From: Mycobacterium phage prophiT49-2
Reading direction: 5' to 3' (one strand)
Sequence record: OQ417962.1
DNA: 64,000 bases
The position numbers and the translations under genes are program-made. Every line of letters begins with the position of its first letter. Position 1 is the first letter of the stretch. Below, piece after piece: positions 29,421 to 39,903 of the stretch. The notes below the pieces were generated by a model. It had not been told where the DNA came from. It ran no database searches and saw only the letters and a list, made by a program, of their open reading frames with translations.

Positions 29421-29876
29421 ATGCCTCCGGTTAATGTTCATCCGCCCGATCCAGAGCACCCTAAAGGAATGGCCTGGGTCCTTGGCGTAGGCATGGTTGA
29501 TCCGCGACCAGGTGCGAATCCGAACCAGGTTATGGCGATCGTTCAGTCTTGGGAACCCACATCTGAACTGTGGTGGAAACTCGGATTGCGTTGGCACCCA
29601 GAGCTTGCCACGAAGTGGGCTGTAGGTGGGGGCCAGTTCGCCGTCGCGGACATTGTGGATGAGAAGCCAGAAGACTTCGGTAAGTCCAACGACCTGAAGG
29701 CTAAAGCCGAAGAGGTTCTTGGGTATATCGCTGAAGAACATCCCGAGTATGCGGAACTTCTCAAGAAGATCAAGGCGGCTGGTTCCGATGAGGAGCGCGC
29801 CAAGATCTCCAAACAGTTCGAGTCCGAGATCAAGAAATTGATCCTGCTCACTGAGTACATCAAATCCAAGGAGTAA
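29421..29876 (+). CDS. hypothetical protein in tail module
   Basis: ORF track. RBS GGAGCAG upstream. Confidence 0.45.
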   Translation: MPPVNVHPPDPEHPKGMAWVLGVGMVDPRPGANPNQVMAIVQSWEPTSELWWKLGLRWHPELATKWAVGGGQFAVADIVDEKPEDFGKSNDLKAKAEEVLGYIAEEHPEYAELLKKIKAAGSDEERAKISKQFESEIKKLILLTEYIKSKE

Positions 29877-29879
29877 CCC

Positions 29880-31550
29880 ATGACGATGCCGACTGGCAGC
29901 GATCCGAGTGGGTATGACCTATCTGGACATGACGGTGGCGTTGTTGGTGCGGGGCTTGGCAATCTAGCTGGTCGAACGCGTGGGCCCATTGAGGAGATGC
30001 TCAAGCAGCGCGTTCAGAACACCAGTTCACTGAATAACGCGTCTGATGCGATCTTCCATGGATTGAATGCGGCGCTGGGACTGCCTCTTGCGATCCTCGA
30101 GGCGTTGGTAAATCGTCTGTTCCCCGGGTTGAATATCAATCTTGACGAGGGAATGGAGGCATTCCTCAACAGTCTCAAGGAAGTTCCGCTTCTCGGTGAC
30201 ATCGTCAAGTGGATCACCGGTATCGCGGATGGCGGAATCGCTGAGCTGAAGCTCTGGTTCGACAATCTGAAGAAGTTCCTCGCGCACATCGACTTCAACT
30301 CGCCGTCGTTCAATCCGCTTGCGGCTGCGGCTGACTTCATTGACATGATCCTCGCCCCGGTGGGAAAGCTCGCCACACTGATCGGTGGCCTGCTGTCGGG
30401 CAGTGTGATTCCCGGCCTCGACGCTTCGAAGATCGTTTCCGGCCAGTTTGCGCAGGATATGATCGCGGGCCTCGGGGGAGTGCTTAACGGCATCAACTCC
30501 ATGATCAACCAGGTCATTGACATCTTCCGTGGTGTATTGGTCACGCCAATCAACCAGGCTCTCCAGGATGTCAAGGACTGGTGGAATGCGATCACTGGCA
30601 AGACGTCTCACCTAAATGGCGAAGGTGGCTATGACGCCTCCAAGCTGGTTGGTGAGGTGGCGAAGAGTGCTGTTGAGGGCCTGGTAGATCTCGGAAACGT
30701 CGTTGTCGGGGGCTTTCAGGCGATCACCAATGGCTGGTTCGGTGGATCGTCCGCGACAGGCTCGCCAGCTGAAGTCAAGACGACTATCGAGGCGATCAAG
30801 CAAGCCGTAATCAACGGCTACACCGTGGACACAATCGTTTCATCGCAGTCCTACGAGAAACCGGCTGCAAATCTTAGCGAAGTTTTCGTTATCGGAATTG
30901 GCTCTGGTAGTAACGGGTTTGGTGGATCTAGCGGTACCACGTCAGCTGGTGGGGCTGCCGGTTCTGGTGGTCTGAACGGCGGGTTCCTGAAGCTAGGACT
31001 CGACCCGTCTGCCATTACTTGGCCGGTCGACGTAACAATCGGAACGAATGGCAACGAGACATCGTTTGGGTCCTATTTGACGACTGTCGCTGGTGCTGGC
31101 GGTATCCAAAGCAAGAGCGAATTCGCCTTCCTGGCAACGTCGTCCACACCTGGCAGTGGCGGGGCAGGTGGCACCGGTGGTTATAAAGCCGGAACATCGG
31201 CCAACTATGGAACCACAGGTCGAACCGGAGTCGCGTCCGCATCTGCGGGAGGCGGAACTGGTGGATCGCCTAGCGCACTACCGGCAACAAATGGGACGGC
31301 TGGAGAGTCAGTATCCGCTGGGGTCGACACCAAATGCGGTGGCGGGGGTGGCGGTGGTGGTGGCGGTGGAAACCCGACCGGCACTTTGGCTCAGGCCAAG
31401 GGCGGGAATGGTGGTGCTGGCGGATACCCCGGTGGTGGCGGTGGTGGCGGTGGTGGTGGCGCTGGCTACGACACCGGAAGTAAAGGATCGGGCGGTACAG
31501 GAGGCCCCGGGGCCAGTGGTGTGCTGTGGGTGTTCTGGAAAGAGGGTTAA
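29880..31550 (+). CDS. minor tail protein with Gly-rich collagen-like C-terminus
   Basis: GGGGGGGGGGNPTGTLAQAKGGNGGAGGYPGGGGGGGGGGAGY. Confidence 0.6.
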   Translation: MTMPTGSDPSGYDLSGHDGGVVGAGLGNLAGRTRGPIEEMLKQRVQNTSSLNNASDAIFHGLNAALGLPLAILEALVNRLFPGLNINLDEGMEAFLNSLKEVPLLGDIVKWITGIADGGIAELKLWFDNLKKFLAHIDFNSPSFNPLAAAADFIDMILAPVGKLATLIGGLLSGSVIPGLDASKIVSGQFAQDMIAGLGGVLNGINSMINQVIDIFRGVLVTPINQALQDVKDWWNAITGKTSHLNGEGGYDASKLVGEVAKSAVEGLVDLGNVVVGGFQAITNGWFGGSSATGSPAEVKTTIEAIKQAVINGYTVDTIVSSQSYEKPAANLSEVFVIGIGSGSNGFGGSSGTTSAGGAAGSGGLNGGFLKLGLDPSAITWPVDVTIGTNGNETSFGSYLTTVAGAGGIQSKSEFAFLATSSTPGSGGAGGTGGYKAGTSANYGTTGRTGVASASAGGGTGGSPSALPATNGTAGESVSAGVDTKCGGGGGGGGGGGNPTGTLAQAKGGNGGAGGYPGGGGGGGGGGAGYDTGSKGSGGTGGPGASGVLWVFWKEG

Positions 31551-31876
31551 TGCATACAGCCGAACTGATTTCGGAATTTCTACCGCAGTTCTGCCCGAAA
31601 ACTAATCACTATCGCTGCTCGGATGGTGACACAACGTGGTACCTACTGATCACTGTTGCGTCCGCTGAATCCCTGGGCAATCTGCTTGGCATTCCGGTGA
31701 ACATGCTCCACCTGCCGAAGACAGTTGACGTCTTCCTGTCAGACGAGAACGCAGTGGTTCTTGACGCGGACTTCAACCCAGCCAATGGGCTGACTCCGCT
31801 GTGCCGGATTGAGGAGTGCTCGTCACATGATGCGGCGCTTTCGGCTATGGGTTACGAACCCATTCCTAAGTCTTAG
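31550..31876 (+). CDS. hypothetical protein
   Basis: ORF track. Start at MHTAELI overlaps the upstream stop. Confidence 0.4.
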   Translation: MHTAELISEFLPQFCPKTNHYRCSDGDTTWYLLITVASAESLGNLLGIPVNMLHLPKTVDVFLSDENAVVLDADFNPANGLTPLCRIEECSSHDAALSAMGYEPIPKS

Positions 31877-31885
31877 GGAGTTACT

Positions 31886-32167
31886 TTGTCGCTCAGGACA
31901 TTTAAGCAGGATCCTGATGCGGTTCTCGACTACACCCTTAATTGGGCTGACTGGCTTGCCCCTGGCGACACGATCACGTCGGCAACGGCGACGGTGTCCC
32001 CAACTGGTGGCCTGACTGTCGGAACTGTCTCAAACACGGTTGACGCAGTGACTGTTTGGGTCTCTGCCGGTGCAGCCGGAAGTAAGTACGACGTCACCGT
32101 TCACGTAATTACCAACGGTGGTCGTGAGGATGACCGAACTTTCACGGTCGAAATCAAGGAGATGTAG
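31886..32167 (+). CDS. hypothetical protein
   Basis: ORF track. Confidence 0.45.
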   Translation: MSLRTFKQDPDAVLDYTLNWADWLAPGDTITSATATVSPTGGLTVGTVSNTVDAVTVWVSAGAAGSKYDVTVHVITNGGREDDRTFTVEIKEM

Positions 32168-32253
32168 GTGAACGAACCTACTGAGATCGTTTTCGCTCTA
32201 ACGGCGTGGGCAGACGCCGAGGTTGAGCGACCAAGTGATTCAAAGGATTCGGA

Positions 32254-32643
32254 ATGACCGTTGGTCTTCACACTGCCAATCTTGCCAATAAGATTCTTGA
32301 CCACCTACGTGGTGGAACCGCCTGGGCTCAGCCTGGTGGCCTATGGGTACGGCTTCACACAGCAGACCCGGGCGCGGCTGGCACCGCTGCAGGATCGGCT
32401 GTATCCGCGAGGAGTCAGGCAGCATTCGCTGCGGCTGCATCTGGTGCAATCGCACTGACCGGAACGAACCCGTCCTGGTCAATGACCGCCACTGAAACCA
32501 TCACCCATATTTCGATCTGGGACGCTTCTACCGGAGGCAACTTTCAGTGGTCGGCTGTTCTGTCTGTCCCGAAGAGTGTTCAGTCGGGTGACACCTTGAC
32601 CCTGACTAACTGCGGCTTGTCCCTGGGCCCTCTGGCGGCGTAA
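32254..32643 (+). CDS. minor tail protein (small)
   Basis: Synteny. Confidence 0.4.
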   Translation: MTVGLHTANLANKILDHLRGGTAWAQPGGLWVRLHTADPGAAGTAAGSAVSARSQAAFAAAASGAIALTGTNPSWSMTATETITHISIWDASTGGNFQWSAVLSVPKSVQSGDTLTLTNCGLSLGPLAA

Positions 32644-34230
32644 ATGGCGCTGGGGTCGACTACGTATACGTCAGGCTCCGGTTCTTACGCGCTACCACCC
32701 GAAGCGAATCGTGTGGATGTAATCCTCCTTGGAGCTGGCGGTGGTGGCGGTGGCGGTGACGGTGGCCAGAACACCACAGGCGAGGGTGGCAAAAAGGGGT
32801 CATGGCAGACCTTCACGCTTACTCGTTCGCCCGGGGCTTCTTGGGCCGCGCCCTACGTTGATTGGTCGGTTGGAGCCAGCGGTTCTGCAGGCCCGATTGA
32901 GAAGGCCGGTGGAGCTGGGGGCGGATCATCCGCGACATTCAATGGCTCAACCACGACTGCTGCCGGTGGCGCTGGCGGTGCTGGTGCCTATGCGGGAAAC
33001 GGCAAGAATACTCCTGGAGAGTCGCCCGGAAGTATCACCTATAACGGCAATGCGTACGCAGGTGGCGGCACAGCCGCTGCCAACAATGATGGAGTAGCCC
33101 CGGGTGGCGGTGGTGGTCCAGGGACGGGCGGATTCTTCACGATCGGCGTGAAACCAGGACGGCCTGGTGGTGCTGGTCAGATCTGGTTCTTCGCCTGGTA
33201 CGAGCCAGTCGCTTGGACAGCTGACGCCAATCTTTCGGCTATCGCGTCGCCCACCGCACGACTGACTAACAGCGCTGTCGTGGGTGCAGCCTTAGCAGTA
33301 ACCGCCACGTCATCCGTGACCGGCTCTCGGGGCCAGTCCATGGGTGCGAATCTTTCCGCTGCGGCCACACCCGTTGGTATCAATCGGTATGACGCCAAGG
33401 TTCAGTCGAGCCTGTTTCTCTCGTCTACGCCAGTCGGTGCGATCGTCAAGGTATTGAACGGGGCAGCCTCGCTGGCGGTAAACACGTCCACCTCAGCTGC
33501 AGCCACCGAGTACGGGGTAGGGGACGTAAATCTCGCCCTGACAGCTTCGTTGCTGGCAGGTGCGAATGTAGACCTCGGTGTCGCGAGCGCCCTGAATCTG
33601 GTTACCGCTGTCACTGCAGTGGCAGCACGCGGGCAAGCCATTGGGGGCGCACTCGGCGTTGGTGCTGGCCTTGAAGCTGGACTGAAGTATCAGGGAAGCC
33701 TGGCCGCGAACCTAGTGGCGATGGCCTTTATCACCGCAGAGGCATACAAGACCGTCAGCGCAGAAGCAGCGCTGGGAATAGAGTTTGACAGTACTCCAGA
33801 TTCGACTGGTGGAAATGTCGCAGATACCAACCTAGATCTGATCGCGGCTTTGACCGCAGCAGCGCAGGTGAACTACGCGGCAGCTGCCAGCTTGGCGGTA
33901 GAGGTTCTTGGAACCGGAACGGTCGGGGCGAAGTTCACTGCCGATGCCGACTTGTCGGTAAACGCATCGATGTGGGCATGGTTCGGATCCATCCGCGAGA
34001 TCGTATATATCGATCCAGTCGATCGATCCGTCAATGTTCCTCAAACTGAACGCGATATCGCGGTAAATGAAAGCGAACGCAGCGCAACTGTGGGTGAGAC
34101 CGAGCGGGCTATGAGTATCGCGGCGGTTGATCGTCTTGGTGTCGTTTCCCCGGAGGACAGAGGGCTCTCCGTTGTTGAGGCGGCACGTGATGTCGATGTC
34201 CCAGGACACGACAACACCGCATCTGTATAG
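32644..34230 (+). CDS. minor tail protein with Gly-rich N-terminal region
   Basis: GAGGGGGGGDGGQNTTGEGG.. collagen-like stretch, then an Ala/Thr-rich repetitive part. Confidence 0.55.
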   Translation: MALGSTTYTSGSGSYALPPEANRVDVILLGAGGGGGGGDGGQNTTGEGGKKGSWQTFTLTRSPGASWAAPYVDWSVGASGSAGPIEKAGGAGGGSSATFNGSTTTAAGGAGGAGAYAGNGKNTPGESPGSITYNGNAYAGGGTAAANNDGVAPGGGGGPGTGGFFTIGVKPGRPGGAGQIWFFAWYEPVAWTADANLSAIASPTARLTNSAVVGAALAVTATSSVTGSRGQSMGANLSAAATPVGINRYDAKVQSSLFLSSTPVGAIVKVLNGAASLAVNTSTSAAATEYGVGDVNLALTASLLAGANVDLGVASALNLVTAVTAVAARGQAIGGALGVGAGLEAGLKYQGSLAANLVAMAFITAEAYKTVSAEAALGIEFDSTPDSTGGNVADTNLDLIAALTAAAQVNYAAAASLAVEVLGTGTVGAKFTADADLSVNASMWAWFGSIREIVYIDPVDRSVNVPQTERDIAVNESERSATVGETERAMSIAAVDRLGVVSPEDRGLSVVEAARDVDVPGHDNTASV

Positions 34231-34375
34231 GAAACACATTGACTGACAACACGAATCCAGTGATTCGCGTGTCCCCGGACCGACTGGCCGTAGCCATTCA
34301 GCGCACCGATGGCAAGTGGGCGGTGATGCACTCAGAAGTTGGTGGGCACTACGCCCCCGAAGCTGAGGTAGCAGA

Positions 34376-34732
34376 TTGGGCCGAGTTGTGAGCCTGGTGG
34401 ACGAGCTCATTGATCTTGACGCCGAGACAGTGGCCTCCCTGTTTGGGGCCCTGGCCGCTGGTGGTGTGCTGAGCAAGATTATTGAGCTCGCAACAGGTCG
34501 ACGTAAGCGCAAGGTCGATGAAGCGCAAGTACTTTCGGCTATCTCCACCGCAATCCGCGAGGAAGTGCGCAAGGAGAATGCGGAACTTCGCGACCGGTTG
34601 GATCAGCTGGTGGGCGCGGTCACCGGGCTTACGGACATCCTGGATGACCTGTTCCCGAAGATTACCGGACTGAACGAAGAAGAGCGTATCGCATTGCGCC
34701 GCAAGATCAATCTCGCGAAGCGCGTCTCCTGA
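34376..34732 (+). CDS. hypothetical helical protein
   Basis: ORF track. Confidence 0.4.
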   Translation: MGRVVSLVDELIDLDAETVASLFGALAAGGVLSKIIELATGRRKRKVDEAQVLSAISTAIREEVRKENAELRDRLDQLVGAVTGLTDILDDLFPKITGLNEEERIALRRKINLAKRVS

Positions 34733-34751
34733 TACACTGAAAGAGAGAGTT

Positions 34752-35756
34752 TTGATGGCGATTTGGACGCCTTCGACTCGGGTTCTCAGCAACCAGCCTC
34801 TTGAGCTGAATCGCGACAATCCGCTTCACTATAAGTACACGCTCAGTGGTGGTAAGAAGTTCCCATCTGGAACTACAGCATTCCTGACGATCAAAAACAC
34901 TTATAGCCAGACGCTCGCCACATTTGAAGGCACAGTCACTGGCCCAACAGTGACCTTCCTTGAGGCCAAGGCAATTTCGAATGCCTTGCCGCGTGGCGCT
35001 TCGTGGACTCTGCATATTCAGACCCCGGACTTGGACGAGCCTCGGCTCGAGCTACAGGGGACTGTGATTCGAAGCGAAGCTCCATTCCCGGATGCACCGC
35101 CTCAGTCTGGCGAGTTCGATGGTGTGCAGTACCGCTACAGCTTCGGCACTCCCGGCTTCGTGGTGGATCCTGCGTGGCGCATTATGAATGGCAAGCCGCG
35201 CGTCTACGACAACGCGTACCGCAGCCTTCCGAATGCGGTCGCAGCAGCATCGATTACCGATGGCGCTGGTGGTGGACCTACGTTGTTTGACGACGTCGCC
35301 ATGCTGTACTACGCGCCCTTGAAAACCGATGCGATTCGCCTGACCTACAACACGATTCGATTTGGTTCCGGCACCGCGTGGATTGCGATCTGTTCGAACT
35401 ACGACATGACCAACTACGCGGCACTGAAGCACAACGGCGTCTTTCTGAATGGCTTGTGGCAGCACGACACTGTCGAGGTTGTTACCGGAACGGGCCCGGT
35501 TACCACGCAGAGTCGCGTCACTCCGGTGCAGTACACCACTGCCACCAACCAGAACTACACCGCCGAATACAACCCACTCACCAATGCGTACTCACTGTAC
35601 GTCGGTACCTCGTTGACGCCAATTGTCAGCTGGACAGACACAACGCAGCTCGTGAACCACGGTGAGGGCGAGCGCTATTTCGGCCTCGGATTTAAGTCGG
35701 ACCTCCTGACGCCAGGTGTGGAGATCTCCGACATCATCATCGCTGACACCCCTTAA
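34752..35756 (+). CDS. minor tail protein
   Basis: Last large ORF before lysis cassette. Confidence 0.45.
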   Translation: MMAIWTPSTRVLSNQPLELNRDNPLHYKYTLSGGKKFPSGTTAFLTIKNTYSQTLATFEGTVTGPTVTFLEAKAISNALPRGASWTLHIQTPDLDEPRLELQGTVIRSEAPFPDAPPQSGEFDGVQYRYSFGTPGFVVDPAWRIMNGKPRVYDNAYRSLPNAVAAASITDGAGGGPTLFDDVAMLYYAPLKTDAIRLTYNTIRFGSGTAWIAICSNYDMTNYAALKHNGVFLNGLWQHDTVEVVTGTGPVTTQSRVTPVQYTTATNQNYTAEYNPLTNAYSLYVGTSLTPIVSWTDTTQLVNHGEGERYFGLGFKSDLLTPGVEISDIIIADTP

Positions 35757-35763
35757 GGGCTTC

Positions 35764-37110
35764 ATGTTCTACACCAAGGACGACATCGCACGGATCGTCA
35801 TTCGTTGCGGGCAGGATCTCGGCATCACTTCACGCGGCATCCACATTGCGCTGGCCACCGCGTGGGTGGAGTCGAAGTTCGTGATGTACGCAAACTCGAA
35901 TTACCCAGAGTCCCTTGACAAGAGGTTCAAGTATGACGCGGTGGGATCGGACGGTACGTCCGTTAATGAGTTTCAGCAGCAGAACTTTCCTGAGTGGGGT
36001 TCGCTCGATGATCGCATGGACCCTTACAAGGCTGCTGCCATGTTTTATGACCATCTGGCGAACCCTCGCAAGTTTGGGCTTAAAGCGTTCGATTACAACG
36101 ATCCTGGGCTTACCCCGGGCCAGTGTGCCCAGAAAGTACAGCGCTCCGCGTTCCCCGATCGTTACGACCAGGCAATGGGAGTGGCTGTTGAGTACTTCAA
36201 CCGACTGACCACTGGGATTGTTCTGCCGACGAGGTTCTTTGAAGAAGAGAACATTATCGGGCAGTGGGCTCCAAATTGGCAGTCGCGCAATGGTCGAAAG
36301 CCGCGCCTGATCGTTCTCCACACCGAAGAGGGCAACGCACTCGGTATGGACCTGGTCAACTATATGGCCGGTGCGGGTGTCTCTTACCACTACGTGATTG
36401 ATCCAGACGGGAAGACGTTGGATCTCGTTGACACCGACGACGCTTCATGGTCTGTGTTGGATGCCAATGGATACACGATCAATCAGGTGTTCGCAGGATC
36501 TTACGCCTCAATGAGCCGCATCGAATGGCTTCAGAAGTACGACAAAGCAATTCGAGTCTCTGCTTACTTGGCTGTGCAGGACTGTGTGAAGTACGGGATT
36601 CCGGTCCAGATCCTTGTGGGTAACAAGTATTCGCAGCTTCCTACCACTGACGGAATTACCGACCACAACGGAATCACTGTGGGCCTTGGTATCGGCAACC
36701 ACACCGACGTGGGGCCGAACTTTCCGTGGGACGTCTTCAACAACTACCTACTCGAATTCTCAGCTCAGGCTGGAGAGGATGACATGTTCACTGATGACGA
36801 TCGGCTGAAGCTGAACCGCATCTACTTCGAGCTGACCAATCGCTGGGAGTCTCGCTCGATTTACCGCACCCCGGGTGAGGGCCCCGTGGACACGCTGGCT
36901 GGAATGCTGTTGAACGACGATGGCATGGAGCACGCCGAGCTCATCGAGCGCCTTGCGGTTCTGGGGGATGAGGATGCACTACAGCGCGTAATCCGCACTG
37001 CTGCAGGTGAAGGCGCGGTTACCGACAAGGGCAACATCGCACGTGCCAAGAAGATTCTTGCCAGTGTCCCGAAGGAGATCCTCGAGGCCTACAAGGAGGC
37101 CGCGAAGTGA
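35764..37110 (+). CDS. lysA: endolysin LysA (N-terminal peptidase-like domain plus N-acetylmuramoyl-L-alanine amidase/PGRP domain)
   Basis: Central amidase-2-like segment PRLIVLHTEEGN...YHYVID. Position before holin and LysB. Confidence 0.7.
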   Translation: MFYTKDDIARIVIRCGQDLGITSRGIHIALATAWVESKFVMYANSNYPESLDKRFKYDAVGSDGTSVNEFQQQNFPEWGSLDDRMDPYKAAAMFYDHLANPRKFGLKAFDYNDPGLTPGQCAQKVQRSAFPDRYDQAMGVAVEYFNRLTTGIVLPTRFFEEENIIGQWAPNWQSRNGRKPRLIVLHTEEGNALGMDLVNYMAGAGVSYHYVIDPDGKTLDLVDTDDASWSVLDANGYTINQVFAGSYASMSRIEWLQKYDKAIRVSAYLAVQDCVKYGIPVQILVGNKYSQLPTTDGITDHNGITVGLGIGNHTDVGPNFPWDVFNNYLLEFSAQAGEDDMFTDDDRLKLNRIYFELTNRWESRSIYRTPGEGPVDTLAGMLLNDDGMEHAELIERLAVLGDEDALQRVIRTAAGEGAVTDKGNIARAKKILASVPKEILEAYKEAAK

Positions 37111-37316
37111 GCGCCGTAGCGAAGTTCGTTGGAGAGGCGTTCGTTTCGCCGATTGTTCGCGAGCTCAAGCCGGTGATCGAGAAGATCATCCGCGAGGAGA
37201 TCCAGCAGGCCAAGAACGAAGCCTGGGAGATGCTTCCCGACTGCATCGAGAAGACGGTTGGGAACGCGGTAGAGCAGTTTCTCGGACCGATCGGAAAGTT
37301 GTTCGGAGGTAAGTGA
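37107..37316 (+). CDS. small hypothetical protein in lysis cassette
   Basis: ORF track. GTGA overlap with lysA. Confidence 0.4.
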   Translation: MSAVAKFVGEAFVSPIVRELKPVIEKIIREEIQQAKNEAWEMLPDCIEKTVGNAVEQFLGPIGKLFGGK

Positions 37317-37627
37317 TGGATCTCCTGCGTCGCCTACCCGAGATCTACAAGGCCCTTGTAGCCTTCCTCGGCGCGCTCGCCGCTCAGGAAGGAACTGTTC
37401 TTGCCATCGCTGATGGCCTGCCGCCCAACTGGGTTCATGGACTCATGGTCGGATTTGCAGGTGTTACTGCAGTTTTGACGTTCCTGAAGAAGAACAAGAC
37501 CGCCGTGGACTTGGTGGAGAAGATCCTCCATGAGGGCTCGACTGACCCCGTTCACGTCGAGGCTGTGGTGAAGGCCAACCCCGAGTTGGTTCAGGAGCTG
37601 ATCGACCAGTACCGCACCTCTCACTAA
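37313..37627 (+). CDS. holin (two predicted TM helices)
   Basis: Hydrophobic stretches ALVAFLGALAAQEGTVLAIA and HGLMVGFAGVTAVLTFL. Sits between LysA and LysB. Confidence 0.6.
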   Translation: MMDLLRRLPEIYKALVAFLGALAAQEGTVLAIADGLPPNWVHGLMVGFAGVTAVLTFLKKNKTAVDLVEKILHEGSTDPVHVEAVVKANPELVQELIDQYRTSH

Positions 37628-37690
37628 CTCACAACAGGACGGGCTCACCGCTACTGGTGGGTCCGTTCGTCATCTCTGAAAGAAGTACCC

Positions 37691-38656
37691 ATGGCATGGA
37701 TTGGCTGGCAGGAAGGCATGGAAGGCCTGCCTGTCCTCGCGGCGATTGGGGAGTTGCGCGCGAAGTTCTCGTACGGCAAGTCGCTGAAGCTGACCGAGGA
37801 GTTCACGTCAGAGCTGACCGAAGCCCTGAAGACTTTCCAGCGCAACAAGGGTGGCCTACGCACTGACGGCGTGATGGACCTCGCCACGCAGAAGGCGCTC
37901 GGGGTTCCTGAGGCGTTGAAGCCGTGGTTGTTCACTGTCGCTGGCACGGGAGCGGGCTGGGACGCGGGCTATCCGGCTGACCTGGCACGTGCGGTTCTCG
38001 ACTTGTTCCGCTGGCAGGGGATTGGCTATCCCGCTGCCGCATTCCCGATGGGGCAGTCGGTGGACGCTGGTATCGCAGAACTGTTGAGGCAGATGAAGCT
38101 GCGGTTGGACCGATTCCCGGCCGCGAAGTTCGTCCTAGTCGGCTACTCGCAGGGAGCCATTGTCACCTCGATGGTGTGGAAGCGCTACATCAAGGGCACT
38201 GACCTCGAGAATCGCATCATCGGTGCAGTCACTTATGGCAACCCATGTCGTGAGGTCGGCGTGGCGAACGGAAACCGCGCCGCAGGTTGGCCCGTTCCGG
38301 CAGGTCGCGGAATTGGCGACGATCGCCTGGTCGGCACCCCGGCATGGTGGTACGACTACGCCCACGGGGCCAACAGCGTGTGGGGCCGCGATATCTACAC
38401 CGACACCCCGGACGATAAAACCGGCGAGATGATGACCGCCGTCTACCGCGTGGTTCAGGAGTTGAAGAACGCCTTCATCGGGGCCGACTCTCTTCTGGAA
38501 CAGGTTGGGCAGATCATCCGCAATCCACCTGTGGAGATCTTCGCAGTGTTCAGGGCAATCATCTATGGCGGTCAGTTCGTCGCACAATCGCCGCCAACCC
38601 TTCCTCACATCAATTACGACATCGAACCCGCAGTGGCATACCTGCGTTCGCTTTAA
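37691..38656 (+). CDS. lysB: LysB mycolylarabinogalactan esterase (cutinase-like serine esterase) with N-terminal PG-binding-like domain
   Basis: GxSxG motif GYSQGA. LRTDGVMDLATQKALG is a PG_binding_1-like repeat. Confidence 0.7.
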   Translation: MAWIGWQEGMEGLPVLAAIGELRAKFSYGKSLKLTEEFTSELTEALKTFQRNKGGLRTDGVMDLATQKALGVPEALKPWLFTVAGTGAGWDAGYPADLARAVLDLFRWQGIGYPAAAFPMGQSVDAGIAELLRQMKLRLDRFPAAKFVLVGYSQGAIVTSMVWKRYIKGTDLENRIIGAVTYGNPCREVGVANGNRAAGWPVPAGRGIGDDRLVGTPAWWYDYAHGANSVWGRDIYTDTPDDKTGEMMTAVYRVVQELKNAFIGADSLLEQVGQIIRNPPVEIFAVFRAIIYGGQFVAQSPPTLPHINYDIEPAVAYLRSL

Positions 38657-38664
38657 GGAATCTC

Positions 38665-38916
38665 TTGACCATCACTGTCTTTTCAACCGGGCCGTCCTGT
38701 CACCGCTGCACGTTGGTGAAGAACCAGCTCAAGAAGAACGAGATCCCTTTCGAGGAGATCCGTCTGGACGAGGACGCGACATGGCATGAGCGCGTGACGT
38801 CTCACGGGTTCATGAACGCACCTGTTGTACTGATCGATGACGACAATGTCTGGGAGGGCTTCGCTTCCGAGGAGCTGAAGGAGCTGATTGCGGACTACCG
38901 TGCATTGGCCGCATAG
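38665..38916 (+). CDS. NrdH-like glutaredoxin/redoxin
   Basis: MTITVFSTGPSCHRCTLVKNQL... has a CxxC redox motif and a thioredoxin-fold pattern resembling NrdH. Confidence 0.55.
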   Translation: MTITVFSTGPSCHRCTLVKNQLKKNEIPFEEIRLDEDATWHERVTSHGFMNAPVVLIDDDNVWEGFASEELKELIADYRALAA

Positions 38917-38945
38917 CTGCCCTCAGCTGGCTGTAGGCAAGAGAA

Positions 38946-38980
38946 AACCCCGACTCCATAGTGGAGCCGGGGTTCTTTCG
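38946..38980. terminator. bidirectional rho-independent terminator
   Basis: Hairpin AACCCCGACTCCAtagTGGAGCCGGGG followed by TTCTTTCG. The reverse strand also ends in a T-rich tract. Located between converging + and - transcription units. Confidence 0.6.
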
Positions 38981-38992
38981 TTACAGGGGATC

Positions 38993-39610
38993 TCAGGGCC
39001 TCGCCAGCTCCTGGAGCTGCTTAATCCTCTTCACTGCCTGGTCGGCGGTGAACTTGTTGTACAGGCCCGACAGGTCAGGTGGCTGGACAGACTGAGTAAA
39101 TGTCTGCGTTGGCTGGTCCAATGGCACCACGTCTTCGTACTGCACGAGAAACAGAACTGTGTCTGGCTGCAGGATCTTTATGGTGTGCAGCTCATCTGCA
39201 GCCATCCCGTATCCACCACCGGGAGTGCGTTGGATCGACTTGTAGTTCTGCAGCGTGATCTCACCAGAGATTGTGAAGCCTCCACCACCATTCAGAGGCG
39301 TGTGCCAATCAAACATGTTGTAGCTCTGTGGCTTCGACTCGGTATCGAAGGTGAATGGGTAGGACCGGTACCAGCGATTCTCCACCGCGCCGGACAGGCA
39401 CGTGGTGTGGAAGTCGTAGCGATGGTTGTGCGGGTTCACCACCTCACTCGCGTCCTGGGCGTCACCCTCGAAGAAGTAGGCCTTCAGCGTGAGCTCAGGT
39501 GAGCGAAACAGGCAGAGGTAATCAAAGCCCTTGCAGTGGAAGTCCTTGTAGGAGTTCTCCAACACGGACTCCATGTCGAGATCCCCAAGGTCGGGGAGTG
39601 TGATGGTCAT
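38993..39610 (-). CDS. hypothetical protein (205 aa; HNHRYDFH motif, Gly-rich loop)
   Basis: ORF track. Start at the internal MTITLPDLG. Confidence 0.45.
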   Translation of the reverse strand: MTITLPDLGDLDMESVLENSYKDFHCKGFDYLCLFRSPELTLKAYFFEGDAQDASEVVNPHNHRYDFHTTCLSGAVENRWYRSYPFTFDTESKPQSYNMFDWHTPLNGGGGFTISGEITLQNYKSIQRTPGGGYGMAADELHTIKILQPDTVLFLVQYEDVVPLDQPTQTFTQSVQPPDLSGLYNKFTADQAVKRIKQLQELARP

Positions 39611-39903
39611 AGTGGATACACCGTCACGAACTCCTCTGCGGTGAGGAACTTTCGATTGCAGTCCGCGCAGATGATGTAGCCGATCGTCGCGACTGTGTGC
39701 TTGTGGCGTGGGATCCATACATCAACAGCGCATTTGAAGTGGGCCTCACATAACAGCTGTTCCGCGCAAGTGTGCCCAACCCAGAGGGCAGCGATCTTTC
39801 CTTCGTGCTTCACCTCAGTATGCTCAGACTCACAACGACATTCATCGAACGCCGAACTCACCATCTCGGAGATGCCAGTATCAATCGCCGCTGTCATCGC
39901 CAT
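39607..39903 (-). CDS. Cys-rich zinc-binding-like protein
   Basis: ECRCE..C..C..C..CADC. Start at the internal Met (MAMTAAIDTG in the ORF-track product). Confidence 0.4.
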   Translation of the reverse strand: MAMTAAIDTGISEMVSSAFDECRCESEHTEVKHEGKIAALWVGHTCAEQLLCEAHFKCAVDVWIPRHKHTVATIGYIICADCNRKFLTAEEFVTVYPL